A stretch of 64,000 bases of DNA, from contig NIVC01001346.1 in NCBI GenBank assembly GCA_002269645.1, forward strand, positions 124,001 through 188,000, in the 5' to 3' direction. How positions within the stretch are numbered: the first letter of the stretch is position 1; each line of letters starts with the position of its first letter. This DNA comes from Macrostomum lignano. Its lineage: Eukaryota. The notes beneath the pieces were generated by a model, which did no database searches, had not been told where the DNA came from, and saw only the letters and a list, made by a program, of their open reading frames with translations. Both the position numbers and the translations under genes were made by a program. Below are positions 1 through 13,800 of this stretch, in pieces.

Positions 1-3000
1 AGCCTACAGATTCTTTCTGTAGATTCTCTTAGCTATAGCAGATTCTTTCTGTAGATTCTCTTAGCTATCAGATTCTTTCTGTAGATTCTCCCAGCTATAG
101 CAGATTCTTTCTGTAGATTCTCTTAGCTAGCAGATTCTTTCTGTAGATTCTCTTAGCTATCAGATTCTTTCTGTAGATTCTCTTAGCTATAGCAGATTCT
201 TTCTGTAGATTCTCCCAGCCTGCAGATTCTTTCTGTAGATTCTCCCAGCTAGCAGATTCTTTCTGTAGATTCTCCCAGCTATAGCAGATTCTTTCTGTAG
301 ATTCTCCCAGCTACAGCAGATTCTTTCTGTAGATTCTCCCAGCTATAGCAGATTCTTTCTGTAGATTCTCCCAGCCTGCAGATTCTTTCTGTAGATTCTC
401 TTAGCTATCAGATTCTTTCTGTAGATTCTCTTAGCTAGCAGATTCTTTCTGTAGATTCTCTTAGCTAGCAGATTCTTTCTGTAGATTCTCTTAGCTAGCA
501 GATTCTTTCTGTAGATTCTCTTAGCTATCAGATTCTTTCTGTAGATTCTCTTAGCTATCAGATTCTTTCTGTAGATTCACTTAGCTAGCAGATTCTGTCT
601 GTAGATTCTCTTAGCTAGCAGATTCTTTCTGAAGATCCTCCCAGCCAGCAGATTCTTTCTGTAGATTCTCCCAGCTATAGCAGATTCTTTCTGTAGATTC
701 TCTTAGCTAGCAGATTCTTTCTGAAGATCCTCCCAGCCAGCAGATTCTTTCTGTAGATTCTCCCAGCTATAGCAGATTCTTTCTGTAGATTCTCCCAGCT
801 ATAGCAGATTCTTTCTGTAGATTCTCCCAGCTATAGCAGATTCTTTCTGTAGATTCTCCCAGCCTGCAGATTCTTTCTGTAGATTCTCCCAGCTATAGAA
901 GATTCTTTCTGTAGATTCTCCCAGCTATAGCAGAGTCTTTCTGTAGATTCTCTTAGCTAGCAGATTCTTTCTGTACATTCTCTTAGCTATCAGATTCTTT
1001 CTGTAGATTCTCTTAGCTATCAGATTCTTTCTGTAGATTCTCTTAGCTATAGCAGATTCTTTCTGTAGATTCTCTTAGCTATCAGATTCTTTCTGTAGAT
1101 TCTCCCAGCTACAGCAGATTCTTTCTGTAGATTCTCCCAGCTATAGCAGATTCTTTCTGTAGATTCTCTTAGCTATAGCAGATTCTTTCTGTAGATTCTC
1201 TTAGCTATCAGATTCTTTCTGTAGATTCTCCCAGCTACAGCAGATTCTTTCTGTAGATTCTCCCAGCTATAGCAGATTCTTTCTGTAGATTCTCCCAGCT
1301 ATAGCAGATTCTTTCTGTAGATTCTCATAGCTAGCAGATTCTTTCTGTAGATTCACTTAGCTAGCAGATTCTTTCTGTAGATTCTCCCAGCTATAGCAGA
1401 TTCTTTCTGTAGATTCTCCCAGCTATAGCAGATTCTTTCTGTAGATTCTCCCAGCTATAGCAGATTCTTTCTGTAGATTCTCCCAGCTATAGCAGATTCT
1501 TTCTGTAGATTCTCCCAGCTACAGCAGATTCTTTCTGTAGATTCTCCCAGCTACAGCAGATTCTTTCTGTAGATTCACTTAGCTAGCAGATTCTTTCTGA
1601 AGATCCTCCCAGCCAGCAGATTCTTTCTGTAGATTCTCCCAGCTATAGCAGATTCTTTCTGTAGATTCTCCCAGCTATAGCAGATTCTTTCTGTAGATTC
1701 TCCCAGCTATAGCAGATTCTTTCTGTAGATTCTCCCAGCCTGCAGATTCTTTCTGTAGATTCTCCCAGCTATAGAAGATTCTTTCTGTAGATTCTCCCAG
1801 CTATAGCAGAGTCTTTCTGTAGATTCTCTTAGCTAGCAGATTCTTTCTGTACATTCTCTTAGCTATCAGATTCTTTCTGTAGATTCTCTTAGCTATCAGA
1901 TTCTTTCTGTAGATTCTCTTAGCTATAGCAGATTCTTTCTGTAGATTCTCTTAGCTAGCAGATTCTTTCTGTAGATTCTCTTAGCTAGCAGATTCTTTCT
2001 GTAGATTCTCCCAGCTATAGCAGATTCTTTCTGTAGATTCTCTTAGCTATAGCAGATTCTTTCTGTAGATTCTCTTAGCTATCAGATTCTTTCTGTAGAT
2101 TCTCCCAGCTACAGCAGATTCTTTCTGTAGATTCTCCCAGCTATAGCAGATTCTTTCTGTAGATTCTCCCAGCTATAGCAGATTCTTTCTGTAGATTCTC
2201 ATAGCTAGCAGATTCTTTCTGTAGATTCACTTAGCTAGCAGATTCTTTCTGTAGATTCTCCCAGCTATAGCAGATTCTTTCTGTAGATTCTCCCAGCTAT
2301 AGCAGATTCTTTCTGTAGATTCTCCCAGCTATAGCAGATTCTTTCTGTAGATTCTCCCAGCTATAGCAGATTCTTTCTGTAGATTCTCCCAGCTACAGCA
2401 GATTCTTTCTGTAGATTCTACCAGCTACAGCAGATTCTTTCTGTAGATTCACTTAGCTATAGCAGATTCTTTCTGTAGATTCTCCCAGCTATAGCAGATT
2501 CTTTCTGTAGATTCTCCCAGCTATAGCAGATTCTTTCTGTAGATTCTCCCAGCTATAGCAGATTCTTTCTGTAGATTCTCCAGCTACAGCAGATTCTTTC
2601 TGTAGATTCTCTTAGCTATAGCAGATTCTTTCTGTAGATTCACTCAGCTATAGCAGATTCTTTCTGTAGATTCTCTTAGCTAGCAGATTCTTTCTGTAGA
2701 TTCTCTTAGCTATCAGATTCTTTCTGTAGATTCTCTTAGCTATAGCAGATTCTTTCTGTAGATTCTCTTAGCTATAGCAGATTCTTTCTGTAGATTCTCC
2801 CAGCTACAGCAGATTCTTTCTGTAGATTCTCCCAGCCTGCAGATTCTTTCTGTAGATTCTCTTAGCTATAGCAGATTCTTTCTGTAGATTCTCTTAGCTA
2901 TCAGATTCTTTCTGTAGATTCTCTTAGCTATAGCAGATTCTTTCTGTAGATTCTCTTAGCTATAGCAGATTCTTTCTGTAGATTCTCCCAGCTATAGCAG

Positions 3001-5182
3001 ATTCTTTCTGTAGATTCTCTTAGCTATCAGATTCTTTCTGTAGATTCTCCCAGCTATAGCAGATTCTTTCTGTAGATTCTCTTAGCTATCAGATTCTTTC
3101 TGTAGATTCTCTTAGCTATAGCAGATTCTTTCTGTAGATTCTCTTAGCTATAGCAGATTCTTTCTGTAGATTCTCCTAGCTATAGCAGATTCTTTCTGTA
3201 GATTCTCTTAGCTATCAGATTCTTTCTGTAGATTCTCCCAGCTATAGCAGATTCTTTCTGTAGATTCTCTTAGCTATCAGATTCTTTCTGTAGATTCTCC
3301 CAGCCTGCAGATTCTTTCTGTAGATTCTCTTAGCTATAGCAGATTCTTTCTGTAGATTCTCCCAGCTATAGCAGATTCTTTCTGTAGATTCTCTTAGCTA
3401 TCAGATTCTTTCTGTAGATTCTCCCAGCTATAGCAGATTCTTTCTGTAGATTCTCCCAGCTATAGCAGATTCTTTCTGTAGATTCTCCCAGCTATAGCAG
3501 ATTCTTTCTGTAGATTCTCCCAGCTACAGCAGATTCTTTCTGTAGATTCTCTTAGCTATAGCAGATTCTTTCTGTAGATTCACTCAGCTATAGCAGATTC
3601 TTTCTGTAGATTCTCATAGCTAGCAGATTCTTTCTGTAGATTCTCTTAGCTATCAGATTCTTTCTGTAGATTCTCTTAGCTATAGCAGATTCTTTCTGTA
3701 GATTCTCTTAGCTAGCAGATTCTTTCTGTAGATTCTCATAGCTAGCAGATTCTTTCTGTAGATTCACTTAGCTAGCAGATTCTTTCTGTAGATTCTCCTA
3801 GCTATAGCAGATTCTTTCTGTAGATTCTCCCAGCTATAGCAGATTCTTTCTGTAGATTCTCCCAGCTATAGCAGATTCTTTCTGTAGATTCTCCCAGCTA
3901 TAGCAGATTCTTTCTGTAGATTCTCCCAGCTACAGCAGATTCTTTCTGTAGATTCTCCCAGCTACAGCAGATTCTTTCTGTAGATTCACTTAGCTATAGC
4001 AGATTCTTTCTGTAGATTCTCCCAGCTACAGCAGATTCTTTCTGTAGATTCTCTTAGCTATAGCAGATTCTTTCTGTAGATTCACTCAGCTATAGCAGAT
4101 TCTTTCTGTAGATTCTCTTAGCTAGCAGATTCTTTCTGTAGATTCTCTTAGCTATCAGATTCTCTTAGCTATAGCAGATTCTTTCTGTAGATTCTCTTAG
4201 CTATCAGATTCTTTCTGTAGATTCTCCCAGCCTGCAGATTCTTTCTGTAGATTCTCTTAGCTATAGCAGATTCTTTCTGTAGATTCTCTTAGCTATCAGA
4301 TTCTTTCTGTAGATTCTCCCAGCTATAGCAGATTCTTTCTGTAGATTCTCTTAGCTAGCAGATTCTTTCTGTAGATTCTCTTAGCTATCAGATTCTTTCT
4401 GTAGATTCTCTTAGCTATAGCAGATTCTTTCTGTAGATTCTCTTAGCTATCAGATTCTTTCTGTAGATTCTCCCAGCTATAGCAGATTCTTTCTGTAGAT
4501 TCTCCCAGCTATAGCAGATTCTTTCTGTAGATTCTCCCAGCTATAGCAGATTCTTTCTGTAGATTCTCCCAGCTACAGCAGATTCTTTCTGTAGATTCTC
4601 TTAGCTATAGCAGATTCTTTCTGTAGATTCACTCAGCTATAGCAGATTCTTTCTGTAGATTCTCTTAGCTATCAGATTCTTTCTGTAGATTCTCCCAGCC
4701 TACAGATTCTTTCTGTAGATTCTCTTAGCTATAGCAGATTCTTTCTGTAGATTCTCTTAGCTATCAGATTCTTTCTGTAGATTCTTCCAGCTATAGCAGA
4801 TTCTTTCTGTAGATTCTCTTAGCTAGCAGATTCTTTCTGTAGATTCTCTTAGCTATCAGATTCTTTCTGTAGATTCTCTTAGCTATAGCAGATTCTTTCT
4901 GTAGATTCTCTTAGCTATCAGATTCTTTCTGTAGATTCTCCCAGCTATAGCAGATTCTTTCTGTAGATTCTCCCAGCTATAGCAGATTCTTTCTGTAGAT
5001 TCTCCCAGCCTGCAGATTCTTTCTGTAGATTCTCCCAGCTATAGCAGATTCTTTCTGTAGATTCTCCCAGCTATAGCAGATTCTTTCTGTAGATTCTCCC
5101 AGCCAGCAGATTCTTTCTGTAGATTCTCCCAGCCAGCAGATTCTTTCTGTAGATTCTCCCAGCCAGCAGATTCTTTCTGTAG
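1..5182. repeat. Large minisatellite array, 30/32-bp units (CAGATTCTTTCTGTAGATTCT + variable C[CT][CT]AGCTA[TAG/G/T/CAG]); truncated at window start
   Basis: Directly visible; roughly 165 units; ends at ...TTCTTTCTGTAG 5182, where unique sequence begins. Confidence 0.98.
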
Positions 5183-6479
5183 ATTATCCTATCAGATCCC
5201 ACTCACAGATCTACTAGCAAGCAGATGCACTCATCTCAGCGGAGCAGTTTCAAGCAGTTCTCAAGCAGTATGAACAATTCAAGTATTGCATCCGATGCAT
5301 TTCAACAGATGGCAGCTGCGAATCCTTCACAGCTTGTTTCAGTCGGATTCTCAGGCTGCTAAAAAGTACACGCAACTTTGCTAACAATCATCCTAAAGGC
5401 ACTATCGCTTCGCACACACGCAGCCTCCACAAAAAAGGAAATTGGCTTCATTTTCCAGCCGAGAAACCCCCAATTCTGAGTTGGGATAAGAAAAACAACG
5501 AGGAGAATCGATTTGTTCTTGAGAACCCCCCTCTCTCTGGCTGCCTCTGAGCACGTGAAGCTAACTGGATTCGTCCCGAGTGAACTCCAATATCGGAGTC
5601 GCGCTTTGCCACTTTCTCCAGTGTGGGATTCTTAATGAGAAACATTATCCCAACTAGGCAGCCACAGTTCCCTATATTTCAAGTCTCACAAAATCTCCTC
5701 GCCTAGCGCGTTCTCCATCTTCCCTTTTCCTCACGGCCAGTGTCCCCTTTCTGGGCCAATTCCAATCAGCTGTCTATCGGGGACCCCAGTTCGACTGTAG
5801 TTACACCAGCCAGGGCACAGCTGCGTTAAATGTAAGCGGAGGATGGAGTGAAAAGTCCGCCCCACAGCTTGCTAAAGCTTCAAGGTGAAGTAGCTCCTTA
5901 GGGGGGGGGGGTTAGAGAGAAAAAACAGAACCTGCCACTTCTCTGTACCGAAACGAGGCCTCCGATCCTCACCCATTGGCTTTGTCTGTGTGCCGCTTGC
6001 CCGTTCCAGCCCCCCCCCCCCCCGGTAGCCTTGAAGTGCGACCCCAGCCGCATCAGGCAAGCGCGATTTGTACACCCGATGCTCTCACGCCTGGCTGCGT
6101 ACGAGAACCGCCTCCCAGCCCCCAGCCATGCCGAGTGTGTAACTACAGGAATTCTGGCGGAGCGGAGCGCGCAAAAGACAACAGAACAGGGCCAAGCAAC
6201 TGACATTTCGCTTAGCACGAACAGAAGCAACTGACAGCCAAAACCGCTTCTCCCTGCCGCCTCCGCCTATTTCTGTTACTGAATCGAGAGATTCAGATTC
6301 CCAGAATGCGGGAGCTGATTCCAGGAAAAATATGATCTCAGGTTGCTTCGATTTGCTACTGTTCAACATTTCAGCGATTTGTGCCGCGACTCTGTGGGTA
6401 GGAAGGAGTCTGACCAGAGATGAGGCAGACCAGTCGCGACTCTTGAGGGTAGGAAGAAGTTTGACCAGAGATAATAGTC

Positions 6480-7095
6480 CACCAGTCTGAGATCTAGTAG
6501 AGTCGGTACTGGAAGATGAGAGTCCACTAGCCTGAGATGGGGTAGAGTCGGGAGTGGAAGATGAGAGTCCACCAGCCTGAGGTGGGGTAGAGTCGGGACT
6601 CAGAGGGTGAGAGTCCACCAGCCTGGGATATGGTAGAGTCGGGACTCAAAGGGTGAGAGTCCACCAGCCTGAGATGAGGTAGACTCGGGACTCAGAGGGT
6701 GAGAGTCCACCAGCCTGAGATTGGGGTAGGCTCGGGACTCAGAGGGTGAGTCCACCAGCCTGAGATGGGGTAGGCTCGGGACTCAGAGGGTGAGTCCACC
6801 AGCCTGAGATGGGGTAGAGTCGGGAATGGAAGATGAGAGTCCACCAGCCTGAGATGGGGTAGAGTCGGGAATGGAAGATGAGAGTCCACCAGCCTGAGAT
6901 GGGGTAGAGTCGGGAATGGAAGATGAGAGTCCACCAGCCTGAGATGGGGTAGAGTCGAGAATGGAAGATGAGAGTCCACCAGCCTGAGATGGGGTAGAGT
7001 CGGGAATGGAAGATGAGAGTCCACCAGCCTGAGATGGGGTAGAGTCGGGAATGGAAGATGAGTCCACCAGCCTGAGATAAGGTAGAGTCGGGACT
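6480..7095. repeat. 45-bp minisatellite (CCACCAGCCTGAGATGGGGTAGAGTCGGGAATGGAAGATGAGAGT) with shorter degenerate variants at the edges
   Basis: Period 45 (CCACC at 6841 and 6886); explains the repetitive ORFs 6692-7150, 6739-7098 and 6783-7067. Confidence 0.95.
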
Positions 7096-7687
7096 CAAGG
7101 GCTGGACTGGCGTATATCCGCTGGTTCATCCGAACGCAACTTGTCAACATCGAGCAGGCAACTCACCGAACTCACGGGCAGTTAAATGTTAGCCAGCTTT
7201 CCTTTCCAGTCAGTGTAAAACGGTTGTCAAAGACTACTCGTAAAGCTTCCAAGAGTATCGATCGGAACAATCCCCCAAAACTTCACCAGCTATATATTCC
7301 CCTCAATCTTCCATCTCCAACTCCTCTCTCCCAGCTATTTCGGCCTATGGCTTCCGCCCCTGAGCCAGGCACCAATCAGCAGCCACCATAATGGCAATGA
7401 GCTGGAAGCTGGCAGCAGTCTTGGAGACGGGCGGGGCAGACAGAGGGGGGGGACAAGCGATGAAATCCGAATGCAATAATAAGGGAGGGTGGATAAGAAA
7501 AATGAATTCGCCAAATTGCAATGACAGCAACAACAAATAAGAAAAGCCAAGTAAGTAGAGGTCAGGCTGAGAGGAAACAGGAATAAAAAGAAAATTAGCG
7601 ATGGCGAGCCAGCCTACCCTGGAATAGGCCAAAATGGATAGGCTGAAGGAAACAGAGATGAAGGCTGATACGTGTACAGACAGATAC

Positions 7688-8065
<378 letters not shown>

Positions 8066-9159
8066 ACTAGTAAGAAAAGACGGACAAAAAAGGAGAGGAA
8101 ATATAAAATTTAGAGAAGCATAATTTAAAAAATAACACATCATGCTCCCAAAGGAAAAGTGTGTTTCATTATCGGGGCTCTTTTTCTCGTTTTTTGTTGC
8201 ATAAAATTGAAATACGCGTCAGCTTTCTCAGAGTTCGTTCGCAGAAAATTTTAAGAGTTTTTAGCTGGAAATGTTTCATCTCAAACTGCCCGGAGGCTCG
8301 ACAAAGCGAGGCTGCATTGTCATGCAACTGGTCCAGCTATAGCTTGTAGCAGCAACCGGCCCCGATCCTCAAAGAAGCATCCCCATTCACTAATCTAATG
8401 CCAGTTTCTCCTTCATCATGTTCCCATGCAGGCTATGATGCCAATTCAATGCAATGTCACTCTCTCGCCTAGCGCAGTCTCACCTGCCGGGACAGAAGCA
8501 GCTAATCAGCAATTCATGCTCCAGGAGTTCTGCAGAAATTCAATCGATTCTAGCTCTCTCCAGTGCCTCCCTCTATGAGTTGGCACTTCATACCTTTCCT
8601 GAGCTGCGCTGTACATGCACAACCCGGCAAAAGTGCTATAGAGAGCTCAGCTCACGCTTCAGCAGTTTCCACTTTCAGCCTATCAACAGCTGCACGGCTG
8701 TAGTTTTGAATTTCATGCTTCTTACGGAGCTTTTTACAGCCTTACTATGCTGACGTGGCTTATTTATTGCTAACGAGAATGGACAATTTTGTGTGCTGTT
8801 AAAACAAGCATTGTAGGTAAAATGAGTTTGCTAATAAAAGTACAAATATTGCTAAACAGCAAGCAGCATCCACAGACTTGGAGCTCTTGACGAATATCTG
8901 TATTGCCCGACTTGATTGGTTTCTTTTTCTGCTTTTTTCAGCCGAAGGAAATCAATACAGGGGCCGAATGAGGATTAAAATTGAAGCCCAGTAACCTTAG
9001 TAAGTCTGTATCGGGTTTTTGGGAACATGAGAAATTCATAATGTAGCCAGCTGTGAAATGCAAATCAATTCTTCTTTTGCGAGAATTTAAGCTGCATATA
9101 CCCGATGCGATTGCCGTACATTACTGAAGCCAAAACTGTCTCAGATAGATTGGATTCTG

Positions 9160-9525
9160 GGGCTGGCTAATGGGCGATTATTGGACTGGCTAATGGGCGA
9201 TTATTGGACTGGCTAGTGGGCGATTCTAAGACTGGCTAATGGGCGATTATTGGACTGGCTAATGGGCTATTCTAAGACTGGCTAACGGGCGATTATTGGA
9301 CTGGCTAATGGGCGATTATTGGACTGGCTAATGGGCGATTATTGGACTGGCTAATGGGCCATTATTGGACTGGCTAACGGGCGATTATTGGACTGGCTAA
9401 TGGGCCATTATTGGACTGGCTAACAGGCGATTATTGGACTGGCTAATGGGCCATTATTGGACTGGCTAATGGGCCATTATTGGACTGGCTAATGGGCCAT
9501 TATTGGACTGGCTAATGGGCGACTC
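9160..9525. repeat. 23-bp minisatellite (GGACTGGCTAATGGGCGATTATT)
   Basis: Directly visible, about 15 units. Confidence 0.95.
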
Positions 9526-10887
9526 TAGGATTTGTGATTTACGATGATAATGGCATAATCCAAAATATGAAATATAACTTGATAAAGTAACTCTGTTGGA
9601 AAAAAGGAAGTTTAGAATTTTCTCAAATGTCAAAAATTTATGCTGAAAACTAGGCCTTCTGCTAGCTGTGAATAAGAGGTATTGTTTATGTTTATCAACG
9701 TAAAAAGTATTTTTTATTGACAGGGAGCACAATAAGTATTTCACTCATCTATTTGCGCTATTGACGCTGTCAATTTAAATTGTAATTATTGACAAAAATC
9801 ACTGATTTATATAGTAAAAATTCTAACAGAAACTTAATTAACATTGAACGAGAATTGCTAACGGTTGACTTCTAAAGCTGAATGGTAGTTTTTCAATATA
9901 CAATTAGTTTATGATGTCAAGCACAACCTAATGGGATTAAAACCAAGTTAGATATTACACAATTTGGCAGTTCAGCATTATATAATCACTTACGAATGCC
10001 AATACTGTACCTTACTCATACCTCATAGTTTACTCAAAGCTGTTTAAAACTATAACAGAGGAGGATTGTGAAAACGCACAATTACAGGGATAATTTGCGA
10101 CTAAACTCGGCGCATGGCAGAATATTAATCGTTAATCAGATAAGCTGAGTCATAAGCTGAGTCATAAAGAACAACAAATTAGCACACTCGACAGTAGTAT
10201 TAAAACAGTAGCATAGTAAGGGTGAGCAGTGAGCATGTGAAAGTGTACAGGGAACGCAAGCTAACAATGCAAACCTATTGTCTTATAAGTTCTGGATTGA
10301 ACAGTTATTTGTATTTTAAGAGAGAAAAGAGATCAGCATAGCCGCAAACTACACTACTTACTTCAAGTTCTAAGTAGCATAGCAAACATTTTTTGCATGG
10401 AATGAAACTTTCCCCGAAAAAAAAAGTAAAAAAAAATAAAAATTCACAAGGTAACCATAGAAAGGGTCTGAAACAACAAAAAACAATGTGAATTTATAAT
10501 TTCATACACAGCATATTGGAATGGTGAATACTGGGCAATGTTGTTTAAATAGTTATATAGTTTTTAAAAACGCATAAAAGCACGCATAACGCTGGTGTGA
10601 TCGCTAAAAAGAGGATCTGCAATAATTACGCTGGCAAAGCTACTAAATATAGTATTATGTGATGGTGCTGTCATTTTGTTACTAGTGCAAAAACTGACTA
10701 GTGACGAAACGTATATACCGGTATGCATACGCAGTGCCCTCACTTGATTCACTTTGAACTGTCCCTCTATTAACTTTATTATCAACTCGCCATAAATTCG
10801 AATTTGGAAGCGAAGACTTTTCTTAGAAAATAAGCATATAGATCAGATGATAGACAGACAGATGGTTAAATGAAGGTCATCCTGCAG

Positions 10888-13800
10888 TCAGCACTGGCTT
10901 GACCGGCTGTCACCGTAACGTCTCAGCAGAGTCCTGAGATACACCAGCTCGCTCTCCTTGGACTGCAGCTCCTTCTCCAGTCTCATTAGACGCATATCTC
11001 GAAAGGCCAGCTCTTTCCGCAGGCTGGATAGCTCCACATCTTTGGCCGCTAGCTGGCTGGTTAGCTGGAGAGACATACAGGTGGCGGCTGGTGTTTGAGC
11101 TGTCACTCAATAAGGCTGAATGTAGCCTGAAACTGAGCTTCATTACAGCCTGAAACTGAGCCTCATTACAGCCTGAAACTGAGCCTCATTACAGCCTGAA
11201 ACTGAGCCTCATTACAGCCTGAAACTGAGCCGATCATTACAGCCTGAAACTGAGCCGATCATCACAGCCTGAAACTGAGCCGATCATTACAGCCTGAAAC
11301 TGAGCCTCATTACAGCCTGAAACTGAGCCGATCATTACAGCCTGAAACTGAGCCGATCATCACAGCCTGAAACTGAGCCGATCATTACAGCCTGAAACTG
11401 AGCCTCATTACAGCCTGAAACTGAGCCTCATTACAGCCTGAAACTGAGCCTCATTACAGCCTGAAACTGAGCCTCATTACAGCCTGAAACTGAGCCTCAT
11501 TACAGCCTGAAACTGAGCCTCATTACAGCCTGAAACTGAGCCTCATTACAGCCTGAAACTGAGCCTCATTACAGCCTGAAACTGAACACTGAAGCTCGCA
11601 CTGACCTCTTCAGTTGAAACGGCATCAGGCCGGCCAGAGGACGAGTCCATGTCGGCAGTTGGTCCACAGGCACTGTTGCTAACAGCAGCTGAGGCATCCC
11701 CGCCTGGACTGGGCTCCTGGGGCGAAATCTAAGTGAGTAATTATAGCAATTGTAGGATACTAATTCAAATCCCGCTGATTAATTGAAAATGACAATAAAC
11801 AATCAATAACTAACCCGAGCAGTGGAATTCTTCAATTGCGGCCGGACAACCACGCTACTAGTAGTAACAGTTGAGGCTCGACGTTTAACAGACGCGCTGG
11901 TATTCAGAGTGGAGTCGTCAGCGGCTGCGACAGCGGCGGGGCCAGCAGCAGCAGCGGCAGCACTGGCAGCGGCAGCAGTGGAAGAAGCGGAATTGACAGC
12001 AAACACAGGCCTAGACGAGCGCGGATGTCGAAAACTCTGCGATCGTCGACCAGAGAACGGACCGCCGCCTTCAATAGCGACAGTTGATGGAGAATCAAGA
12101 TGCTGGAATTTCTCTAACAGACGAGAGAATTTCTCTGGTCCGCAGCTGGTGCCAGCTGGTGCAGCCGTGGCGGCGGTGTCGGGTGCTGCGGCAGCTGGAT
12201 CTGCCGGGGTCGAAGCCGCCGTCTCCGAGTTGAGAGTCGGCCTGGGTGGAGACGCAGCCTGCACCAGATGCTGGATGTTGCGCAGTGTGCCCGGGGTCAG
12301 CTGGTGCGTCGGGTCGCCTCCATTTGAACTTGACGACTGCGCTTGCGGCGCCTGCGGAGGCGACTGCGGCTTCTGCGGCGGCGGCAGCGGCGGGTTGATA
12401 ATCTCGCCAGTTGATAGGGACACTCGCACCGGGTCGCGATTGGCGCCAGCCAGCCATTGATCGGCGCCTAGCGCAGGAATTGGCGCCGCGGCGGGCGGAT
12501 AAATGTCGGACACGTGATGACCGCGCCGGGGAGCGATGACCCGGACTGGTTCGACAACATTCGAAGCCACGTGCAGCCGATAGAGCCGGCCAACTTCGCA
12601 CAGCGAACGATCCAGTGCCCGTTTAGGCAGCTGGGCGATGCACTTCTGCGGACTGTGCGTGCTGAACTGATTGAGAAAGTGCAGCCGGCCCCGGCTAATT
12701 TCGTAGAAACGAATATTGCCGTCGCCGCGGCCCGCTAAGTAGAGCAGGCTGCAGTCGGGGTCGTAATAGGGCAGCAGAACGCCCGAACTCGAGTCGACTT
12801 CGTCGCTGTGCAAGGCGCGGCTTGTTTTGTTCTGTTAAAAAAAGAATTGATTTGTCATACTGCATTATAAATGATTAAATGATTAGTAATGTGTCTTATA
12901 CTACTAATACGATTAAGTAGAAAGTAGTATCCAGAGAATATTACTTAAAAATCAAATTCGTCTTTGGTATGCACACCAGTACTTAAATTACTGAAATACA
13001 AACTACTTAAAGTAGCTGGATTGCGCATTTACGTAACCCGATTGAAAAAGATAAAATTCCAGACTGAGAGCAAACTTAGCAGGCTTCTAAAAGCCAGCAG
13101 TAAATAACTCTGCAACATCATAATATGCAGGCACTTTGTCTATCTAATTCATACGGTAATTACGCAGTTCGACTATTAAAAGTTAAACAAGAATGTAGCA
13201 AACAATTTAAAAGCTTTCTATGCTTCATCTGGCACAAGATTTCATTAGCTAGTTCAAGAGACAGAGAGAAAGCAGCATGTAGTTATGCTGGCGTATGTAT
13301 AAATTTGCTAACGTTTAACAAAGTGGGTCCACAATAGAGGACAAGGGAAAGAATGCTTTTCGTTAAAAACTTGTTCATTTACAACTGTCTGCCTTTAATT
13401 TGCATGTCCTCAAACTCCTATTTCTCATATTGGAATTGAGATCAGAAGAAGAGAATTAAACAAAAATTCTAAGCCGACAAGACAAGAGACCATCTAATCG
13501 GGGATACGAATCTAATTTAAATGATTTTGCTTAACTTTCTTTGCGAAATACAACATTTTTACTCTATACAAAATAGATAGTAATAATTGATTACATCTAC
13601 CCTAATGGGCAGATGTGCAACCGACAGCTCAGCCGCAGCTATTGCGCGGCGCATCTGAAGGCTGCGTACGGCTGTTCAGTCCAAGGACTGGGGGGTCGCC
13701 ACACACAGCCTCAATTACCCCAGCTAATGCTGGCACCCATTTTACAGCTGGGTGAACTGGAGCAATGCAGAGTTAAGTGTCTTGCTCAAGGACACAAATT

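Noticed and set aside
10690-10720. Hammerhead-like CTGACTAGTGACGAAAC; also CTGATGAGCGTCTGAAA at ~30564
   Set aside because: The first lacks the CUGANGA core, neither has a stem II, and the second is antisense to a coding exon.
11822-12738. Antisense or alternative-frame ORFs over GC-rich exons (also 17776-18252, 22445-23356, 23797-24525, 57802-58562)
   Set aside because: Shadow ORFs expected from high GC; the recognised protein lies in another frame or strand.
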